Part shown: piece after piece, positions 26,001 through 32,000 of the stretch
How positions within the stretch are numbered: the first letter of the stretch is position 1
How the letters are laid out: every line of letters starts with the position of its first letter
DNA from: Flavobacteriaceae bacterium
Lineage (GTDB): Bacteria; Bacteroidota; Bacteroidia; Flavobacteriales; Flavobacteriaceae
Length of the DNA stretch: 32,000 nucleotides
Reading direction: 5' to 3'
Assembly (NCBI GenBank): GCA_965224465.1
Contig: OZ245049.1
Span: 1,320,001-1,352,000, forward strand
The notes under the pieces: generated by a model
The model's database searches: none
Told to the model about the DNA's origin: nothing
Seen by the model: the letters and a program-made list of their open reading frames with translations, nothing else
Position numbers and translations under genes: made by a program

Positions 26001-26136
26001 GGTCTGAAACCATTCCTGTCACTGATTTTTCTTGACCATACGTTACTGTATTCAACGCAAAAATAAAAAGAGCCATACATGCTACTATTTTAGGATTTAA
26101 CGTCGAAAACAATTTGTTTTCTATGATTTCTTTCAT
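23038..26136 (-). CDS. susC: SusC/RagA-family TonB-dependent transporter
   Basis: 1032 aa. CarboxypepD_reg-like '[18 protein letters not shown]...DFDGHFSI'. Plug motifs '[17 protein letters not shown]', '[11 protein letters not shown]', 'IKIRG', 'PLYIIDG', '[32 protein letters not shown]'. Terminal 'GVQLQF'. Confidence 0.95.
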   Translation of the reverse strand: [1032 protein letters not shown]

Positions 26137-26350
26137 AAGGTAAATAGTTTGAATTAATATTAATGATTTAATTGAATTCTAAATTATTACACCGAGCTGG
26201 ACTCAGCTTCCTTTGGTCAAAAACACCCTCATGTCAAATATTCAAAAAAGAATAAATAAACGTCATTATTACATTTAAAGGAGTAACGAAGCTAAACGAA
26301 ATCGTTTTCGAAAAAAATAAAGAGAGAATAAAAAACAAAAAATAAACTAT

Positions 26351-26401
26351 TTGTTACAGGTGTAACAAAATAAGATTACCTTTAGTAGATATAGTATCTA
26401 C
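26351..26401. promoter_or_regulatory. Two palindromes in the divergent susC / ACT-gene intergenic region
   Basis: TTGTTACA-GG-TGTAACAA at 26351-26368 (8-bp arms) and GTAGATA-tag-TATCTAC at 26385-26401 (7-bp arms). Confidence 0.3.
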
Positions 26402-26567
26402 CAATGATAAAAGAGTACCAACACTAAAAAAAAGAATAAAACAAATAAAAATTCAAGCACATATAAAATAACATTTTATTAAGATAAATGGTAAGATAGT
26501 AGCAATATAAGGTAGTTATAGTCAAGCAAAATTTAGACGATATGGTAATTTTGTAATAAAAAAGTGT

Positions 26568-27227
26568 ATGAAAACAGTTCAGAAAATAGTAAATGACTTA
26601 TTAAAAGAATCTCCTTTTATACAAGATGGACTATCAGAGGGTTATATAAATTTATCTGCATTGGCTTCCAAATTCCAGCCTTTTATAGAAAAGATAAGTC
26701 GTAAAAAAGTTCAGAAAGGGTCTATTGTAATGGCCATAAAAAGACATGACACCTCTTTGGGGTCACAAATGCACGAGCGTAAAATTTCTAATTATATTTC
26801 TAGTTTAGGAGATACAATTGTTCGAAGTAACCTTGTAGAATACACTTTTAAAAATTCTGAAAGCATCATCGATAAACATCAAAAACTACTCTGCCTTTTA
26901 AAAAAACATTCCGAAGCATTTCATTTTACTGCAAAAGGCATGTATGAAACCAATATTATTACAAATTCTTTTATATCTAAAGATATAGAACGTATTTACA
27001 AAGATGAGATTTCTATTAGTAGCGTAAGTGAACTGACATCACTCACCATGCGTTTCCCAAACGATGTGCTTTGTGTACCCGGAATATTTTATTATATATT
27101 TAAAAAATTAGCTATTGAAAACATAAACATCGTACAACTTATTTCCACTTCTAATGAATTTACAATTGTCATCCATAAAAAGGATACAAACATTGCCTTT
27201 CAAGTTCTCGAAGACCTAAAAAACTAA
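26568..27227 (+). CDS. ACT-domain-containing protein (aspartokinase C-terminal-like regulatory fold)
   Basis: 219 aa. The C-terminal 'ENINIVQLISTSNEFTIVIHKKDTNIAFQVLEDL' resembles the ACT repeat of aspartate kinases. No kinase domain is present. Confidence 0.5.
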   Translation: MKTVQKIVNDLLKESPFIQDGLSEGYINLSALASKFQPFIEKISRKKVQKGSIVMAIKRHDTSLGSQMHERKISNYISSLGDTIVRSNLVEYTFKNSESIIDKHQKLLCLLKKHSEAFHFTAKGMYETNIITNSFISKDIERIYKDEISISSVSELTSLTMRFPNDVLCVPGIFYYIFKKLAIENINIVQLISTSNEFTIVIHKKDTNIAFQVLEDLKN

Positions 27228-27505
27228 GCCCCGTTTTAGAAAGAAAATATGTAAAAAAATGTACAAAGCAATACTCTCGTATATTAATTTTCAAAATCAA
27301 CATCCTCACCACAAGGAATTACGTAATCCTTCCAGCAACATATTCCACAAAAGAATGGACATTCCTATTTGAGCTTTGGTGCTACTTAATACTTCCCATA
27401 AATAAATCAACAGGCTCCAACCTAAGAGTGCTAGGTATATTCCCGAAAGACTATTTTCTATTTCGAGACTAGAGTCTCGGAGAGTTAAAAACTGGTAACA
27501 TCACC

Positions 27506-29719
27506 CTATCGTTTCACTTTCATTAGATCGTTCAGTATTTGAGCATAATTAGAATTATCAGGTGCCAATTGGACTAATAATCGACAGGTCTCTAATGCAT
27601 GTTGATTTCTGTTTAATTTTAACTGCGCAATCAACTTAAGATACAACAAACGTTCTTGGTTTGGAAATTTACGAATCCCTTTATCTATAGTTAACAAAGA
27701 CTTCTTATAAGCACCTGTTTCTTGTAGTTTTATCGCGTAATTACAAAGAGCATTCACATTTAAAGGCTCTTTGGAACATGCCTTCCCTAAAAAGGCCAAG
27801 GCTTTATCTCCTTCACCTTTTTCGTTATACAGCAGTCCTAACATATAATAAGATTCCCCAAAAGCGGGTTCTTGCTCAACCACTTTTAAATATAAAGCCT
27901 CACTCTCTTTTATGTTTCCCTGTTGATAATACAATAAGGCCAAATTCATTCGAGACATATTATAACGATTGTCAATTTCAAGGGCTCTTTTATACGCTTT
28001 TATAGCCACGTCTAGTTCTCCTTTTTGCTGATGAAATACGGCAACTTGATGCATTCCTGAAGCAAAATCTGAATTCATTTCGAGGTTCTCTCTCAAATTA
28101 TCTTCTGCAATTTTAAAATCAGCATTTCCCGACATATCATCTCCTGTGGAATTGAAATAGCGCGCTGCATAAATACGAACACTACGTATCGAATCTCCTA
28201 ATAATTTTGTGATTTTAGGCGTGTAATCTTTAATTCCAATGCGCTCTAATGCATTTATAGACTCCGCACGAACCATTGGAGATGGATCATTTAAAAATTT
28301 AGAAATTTCCTGAACATCCTCATAAGAAGAAGCAACATTAGCAAACTGTTTTATAGCAGTTGCACGCACAATATCAGGGTATTTATCACTAGAAAACAAG
28401 GTTTTAAAGCCATTTTTATCTTCAAAATATCCTTTTAATAAATGATCAGAAAAATGATCTTTTCGTTCTTTACCATACTTTTCTATGATAAATTCACTCG
28501 CCCACTTATCAGATCTTTCTGTATGACACCCAGTACATGCATTGGGTGTCTTATATTTTACTGACTGATCTGGTCTCGGAATTCGAAAACTATGATCGCG
28601 TCTAAAATCATTGCCCATATATATCTTCCCTGTCATATGACAATTGATACATTGAGAAGCTTCCGTATTTTCTTTATGAAAATGATGTGCCGCTGTATTG
28701 TAATTAGGAGCATGACATGTTAAACATAAAGCATTGCCTTCCTTTTTTAATTGTAACGAATGTACATCATGACAATCCCTACAAGAAACCCCCATCTCAT
28801 ACATTTTACTCTGAACAAAGGAACCATACACATAATCTTCATCTTTTATTTGCCCATCCAATTCATAGGTTGGAGCTTCTAATAAACTCGGGTAATAATG
28901 ATCTAAAAATGAACCTTTATAATCATAATATTTTGCGATTTGACTACGTCTAGAATGGCAGCGAGCACAATTATCAACCACCTTTTTAGAAGGCAACGCA
29001 CTAGCCATGTGAATTTCTGGAGGAATTCCAATTGGATTTTCTAACTGGTAATAAGCGTTGTGTTCACTTCCTGGCCCATGACAGGCTTCACAACTCACAT
29101 TAATTTCATCAAAAGAAGTACTGAATTGATAATTTTCTGTATTGTAATTCTTGTGTAAATTGGTAGAGTGGCAATCAGCACACATCGTATTCCATCGTTG
29201 ACTTCCTCCAGACCAATTAATCCATTCATCATGTACAATTTCTAAATCCTGCTGTAAATGAAACCATTTATTCTCTACTGTATCCCATGCGGTTAATAAA
29301 CAATTGAATTCACCATTTGGAAACGCAACTATATATTGTTGTAAAGGTGTAAATCCAAAAGTATACACAATTCTAAATTCCTTATAACTTCCATCTTCAT
29401 CTTGTGTATAAACAAAATAAACCCCGTCTTTTTTATAAAAACGACTCGTCACATTATTATGCGTAAAAGTTGTGTTGTTAAAATCAGCAAGAATAGATAA
29501 TGAATCAGCAATTTTCATCGCTTGATCGTGATGAGAACTCTTCCAAAGAGCAAATTGCTCTTCATGACAAGCTTTACAACTTTCTCCTCCAACAAATGTT
29601 GCCTCCTTGTTGTGTACTTTAACAATTTTACTATACACCTTGTTTTTCTTATCATTACACGAAAACAACATAAAGATTACGATAAAAAAAACAATGGAAA
29701 TTCGTAAATAAAAATTCAT
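27506..29719 (-). CDS. Octaheme c-type cytochrome lipoprotein fused to HEAT-like and TPR repeats
   Basis: 737 aa. Lipobox 'MLFSC'. Eight CXXCH motifs: CKACH, CADCH, CEACH, CARCH, CRDCH, CLTCH, CINCH, CTGCH. The first sits in the 'C..CH......W..S.H..AM' context typical of the cytochrome c554-like family. The C-terminal 250 aa carry TPR-type repeats ('AIKAYKRALEID', 'ALLYYQQGN', 'GLLYNEKGE'). Confidence 0.85.
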   Translation of the reverse strand: MNFYLRISIVFFIVIFMLFSCNDKKNKVYSKIVKVHNKEATFVGGESCKACHEEQFALWKSSHHDQAMKIADSLSILADFNNTTFTHNNVTSRFYKKDGVYFVYTQDEDGSYKEFRIVYTFGFTPLQQYIVAFPNGEFNCLLTAWDTVENKWFHLQQDLEIVHDEWINWSGGSQRWNTMCADCHSTNLHKNYNTENYQFSTSFDEINVSCEACHGPGSEHNAYYQLENPIGIPPEIHMASALPSKKVVDNCARCHSRRSQIAKYYDYKGSFLDHYYPSLLEAPTYELDGQIKDEDYVYGSFVQSKMYEMGVSCRDCHDVHSLQLKKEGNALCLTCHAPNYNTAAHHFHKENTEASQCINCHMTGKIYMGNDFRRDHSFRIPRPDQSVKYKTPNACTGCHTERSDKWASEFIIEKYGKERKDHFSDHLLKGYFEDKNGFKTLFSSDKYPDIVRATAIKQFANVASSYEDVQEISKFLNDPSPMVRAESINALERIGIKDYTPKITKLLGDSIRSVRIYAARYFNSTGDDMSGNADFKIAEDNLRENLEMNSDFASGMHQVAVFHQQKGELDVAIKAYKRALEIDNRYNMSRMNLALLYYQQGNIKESEALYLKVVEQEPAFGESYYMLGLLYNEKGEGDKALAFLGKACSKEPLNVNALCNYAIKLQETGAYKKSLLTIDKGIRKFPNQERLLYLKLIAQLKLNRNQHALETCRLLVQLAPDNSNYAQILNDLMKVKR

Positions 29720-29887
29720 TCTGATCTAACTAAAAAATAAGGAAATACTTAGAACTGAAACTACAATCCTAATTCTACCCAAAAATAAGGAAATTAAACC
29801 CTGAATAATAGAATAAACGTGTTTTTTTAAAACGATAAAAATAAAGCAATACTTCGAACTAATAATGTTGAAACAATCCAGGATGTA

Positions 29888-29909
29888 GCGACGTAGCATG
29901 CTACGTCGC
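29888..29909. repeat. 22-bp GC-rich perfect palindrome GCGACGTAGCA|TGCTACGTCGC
   Basis: Read directly from the sequence. Embedded in very AT-rich non-coding DNA about 170 nt upstream of the cytochrome gene start. No flanking T-run on either strand. Confidence 0.8.
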
Positions 29910-30270
29910 AACGGGTATGAAAGAAAAAATTTTTGACAACAAAAAACAATCCACAACTACGTAAATAATTGAGGATTCAAATGAGTCGATGACATACGTA
30001 CCCACCTAGGGCTAGTAGCATCTGTATAAATAGGGGTAGCAATTCTTTAATATATAAAAAGTGAACTGTAATCTTACCTGTTAAAAAATTGATTAAAAAA
30101 AGTATGATAAAATAAAACATCACTTTGCAATAGCTAGCATTTATCGTGAAGTGATATTTTTATAAAAAATATTATACTTATTTTAAAATTTTATATAAAG
30201 ACTTGGCAGTCTTCATTAAATGTACTGAACTTTGGAGTTAAAAACAAACCCGTATTGCGTTTAGGTTTTG

Positions 30271-31110
30271 TTAGGCTTGCGTGTCTTTAAGAATGAGAAA
30301 ATATGAACGAAATAATATATCATAAAGTTTACTCTTTTTAATGAACTTTTTAAATCTTTTTGTTACTCGGATTTTATCTCGGTAATTCCACCATAAACCT
30401 AATTTCTTAAGGGTACTAGTTTTTTGGTAATCATGACCGAATTCATTTAGGAAATTGATTATTATTAAATGAAAACATCTTAAAACATTTAAGTTTTTAT
30501 CGTACTTGTCATCATTTATTTCAGTAAAATAATTTATCACTTTTTCTAATTCGATATAATTATTTACCGTTTTAGTTTTGAATTCCTCAAAATCTAAAAC
30601 AACTTGATTCTCATTTAAAACAAGCTTACTAAGTCCAATTAAGTTGTTTTTAAAGAAATGATTTGTATCGTTTTGACCTGAATAATTTAAATCTTTTAGT
30701 AATTGTGGTTCACAAAATATATCTTTGAAAGTTTTTATGTATTTTAAAAATAAAATGTCCTTTTTATCTGCAATAACAGTATCTATGGACTTTATATCTT
30801 TCTCTGTTTTTAAGACTAAATGGATAAAAACTAAAAACCGGTAAACAAAGCTTCTGGTGTAATATTTCGTTCTATTTTCCCAGTCATATTTACTTATTTT
30901 ATGCCAATTTTCGGAAATATTAATATTGAAATTCCAAAGTCTATGATTAAGGTCTTCTGTGATATTCAATAATTCTATTTTGTTTTTTACAATTTCTTCT
31001 TTTAGTTTTTTCTTTTGTCCAAAATTATATTCTAATTTTAATTTGTATTTTAAAGTATAACGTTCATAAACAACTTTAGCAACCCAACCGAATAAAAAAG
31101 TGAGGCTCAA
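30271..31110 (-). CDS. Hypothetical Lys/Asn-rich protein, 279 codons, with no ATG in frame (only a TTG start directly after an in-frame TAG); IS1595-adjacent passenger gene or gene fragment
   Basis: A long open frame in DNA that looks very AT-rich by eye, where stop codons should be frequent. Its start codon overlaps the transposase stop (TTGA). No family recognised. A terminator-like hairpin overlaps the stop codon (30243-30272). Confidence 0.45.
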   Translation of the reverse strand: MSLTFLFGWVAKVVYERYTLKYKLKLEYNFGQKKKLKEEIVKNKIELLNITEDLNHRLWNFNINISENWHKISKYDWENRTKYYTRSFVYRFLVFIHLVLKTEKDIKSIDTVIADKKDILFLKYIKTFKDIFCEPQLLKDLNYSGQNDTNHFFKNNLIGLSKLVLNENQVVLDFEEFKTKTVNNYIELEKVINYFTEINDDKYDKNLNVLRCFHLIIINFLNEFGHDYQKTSTLKKLGLWWNYRDKIRVTKRFKKFIKKSKLYDILFRSYFLILKDTQA

Positions 31111-32000
31111 CTAGCATTTAGCGTTGTTATAAAAATTTTGTCATAATCAGTTTGGATATTGTTATATATTTTAATTGCATTTGAACGTTTCATTGAGTAC
31201 TTAAGGACAGTAACTACCCAATTTGATTCTTTACGATATGAATCTTTAATTGTTTGCCAATTTAAATATTTTTGAAGATATTTTGTGGATACTCCTTTTA
31301 ATTTTACGTTACAAAATGTCTTTAACCTACTATGCAAACTATTGATGTGCTGAATATGATAAGTCCCTTTGACTCGTTGGTTTTTACTGCTGTTTAAAAC
31401 ATGATGCTCTAAATGTAAATCCTTACTAAACCCAGTAAAACTACGGTGTCCATCAGAACAAAATACGGTTCTATTATCTACCATGCTTCCGATAGTGTTT
31501 TTTATATTACTCTTGGTAATTCTGCCCATATTTGTAAATTTAGAAACGCATAGTTCTGCTCTATCTTGGGTTGTTAATACCGTTGCGTATTCTTTTGTTA
31601 TACCTGCCCCTTTCTTTTCGGATCTACTTCTGGGAGGTCTATGTACACACTTTTTACCTTTTTGACTGTGTAAATAAAAGGTCTCATCACTCTCGGTGAT
31701 TCCTTTGAAATGACCTGTGGTTTCTTGGAACATAGCAGATAAAAAACGATGACGCCATCTAAATGCCGTCCCTGGATCTATGGAAAGATCCTTTCCTGTT
31801 TTAACCAAACTTAAATTCAATTCAAGTGTTTTTAAAAAGGCTGGTATGCGTTGCTTTTTGTGTATCCCAGCTAGCCAACTGCCGGTAAATTCAGTAAAAG
31901 TACGTTTACAATCTTTACATTTATAACGCCTGCTGTTTTTATCTACACCTGCTTTTATATAGTGATAGCCATTGCAGTAAGGGCATTCACCCCTTCTGTC
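31107..32000 (-). CDS. IS1595-family transposase (5' partial, continues beyond window end)
   Basis: The frame stays open from the track ORF (31107..31820, whose 'M' is a TTG) up to nt 32000. The extra residues '...ECPYCNGYHYIKAGVDKNSRRYKCKDCKRTFTEFTG' form the N-terminal zinc ribbon of IS1595 transposases. The ISXO2-like DDE core follows ('ESDETF', 'FCSDGHRSFTGF'). Confidence 0.8.
   Translation of the reverse strand, partial: DRRGECPYCNGYHYIKAGVDKNSRRYKCKDCKRTFTEFTGSWLAGIHKKQRIPAFLKTLELNLSLVKTGKDLSIDPGTAFRWRHRFLSAMFQETTGHFKGITESDETFYLHSQKGKKCVHRPPRSRSEKKGAGITKEYATVLTTQDRAELCVSKFTNMGRITKSNIKNTIGSMVDNRTVFCSDGHRSFTGFSKDLHLEHHVLNSSKNQRVKGTYHIQHINSLHSRLKTFCNVKLKGVSTKYLQKYLNWQTIKDSYRKESNWVVTVLKYSMKRSNAIKIYNNIQTDYDKIFITTLNAS
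31107..32000 (-). mobile_element. IS1595-family insertion sequence (minimum extent; neither end defined in this window)
   Basis: Identified by the transposase. The upstream terminal inverted repeat lies outside the window, so the downstream boundary cannot be set. The element may or may not include ORF 30271..31110. Confidence 0.55.

Noticed and set aside
27463-27480. Palindrome CGAGACT-AG-AGTCTCG between the convergent ACT and cytochrome genes, as a terminator
   Set aside because: It has a 7-bp dyad with only a 2-nt centre and no T-run in the correct orientation for either gene. It may still be a weak stem-loop, but a terminator call is not supportable. The same applies to AAGGA-ATTACGTAAT-CCTT at 27313-27331.
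29726-29956. 76-aa minus-strand ORF in the non-coding region upstream of the cytochrome gene
   Set aside because: Its hydrophobic, low-complexity product is encoded by AT-rich DNA. The ORF runs straight through the 22-bp palindrome and the direct repeats, which look like DNA- or RNA-level features. There is no supporting context.
31818-31820. Start codon of the transposase as given in the ORF track (MNLSL...)
   Set aside because: That 'M' is a TTG. The frame stays open to nt 32000 and encodes the CxxC...CxxC zinc ribbon expected at the N-terminus of an IS1595 transposase, so the true start lies outside the window.
1-32000. CRISPR arrays, rRNA/tRNA genes, integrases, toxin-antitoxin pairs, restriction-modification genes
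   Set aside because: I looked for regularly spaced direct repeats, conserved RNA motifs and characteristic protein motifs in all track ORFs and intergenic regions and saw none. A covariance-model scan (Infernal/tRNAscan-SE) was not possible and would be needed to exclude small structured RNAs.

Overview
Low-GC chromosomal segment with Bacteroidota (Flavobacteriia-like) hallmarks: two SusC/SusD pairs, lipoprotein 'C' lipoboxes, A-Q signal-peptide cleavage sites and AT-rich intergenic DNA. There are four parts.

(1) nt 1-1256: the 3' part of a ferric-reductase-like flavoprotein gene, followed by a DUF1772-like membrane protein.

(2) nt 2097-13595: a plus-strand polysaccharide-utilisation locus. 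It encodes SusC, SusD, a secreted heparinase II/III-family lyase with a translationally coupled small membrane protein, then KdgK, Eda, an ACS/ExuT-type MFS permease and a CBM9/DOMON-like protein. A convergent LacI-family regulator follows at 13657-14703.

(3) nt 15699-21379: a tight five-gene plus-strand operon, preceded by about 1 kb of non-coding DNA that carries three phased operator-like palindromes. The operon encodes a sugar-1-P nucleotidyltransferase, an APH-fold (NahK/AmgK-like) kinase, a FucP/GluP/NagP-type permease, a long NagB-LmbE fusion and a small orphan ORF. It converges on a second SusC/SusD pair (26136-21484, minus strand) that has no CAZyme attached.

(4) nt 26568-32000: an ACT-domain protein, an octaheme c-type cytochrome lipoprotein fused to HEAT/TPR repeats, a non-coding stretch with a 22-bp GC-rich perfect palindrome, and at the window edge a 5'-truncated IS1595-family transposase. 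The transposase stop codon overlaps (TTGA) a very AT-rich 279-codon ORF of unknown function that contains no methionine codon.

I found no rRNA, tRNA or CRISPR array by eye.

The best candidates for something undescribed are:
- the IS1595-linked Met-less ORF;
- the kinase/nucleotidyltransferase HexNAc module with its triple operator;
- a short conserved element shared in inverted orientation by the two unusually long non-coding regions;
- the possibility that both loci together degrade a uronate plus N-acetylhexosamine (GAG-like) glycan, although several canonical steps are missing from the window.

All functional calls rest on motif recognition by eye. No database search was run.
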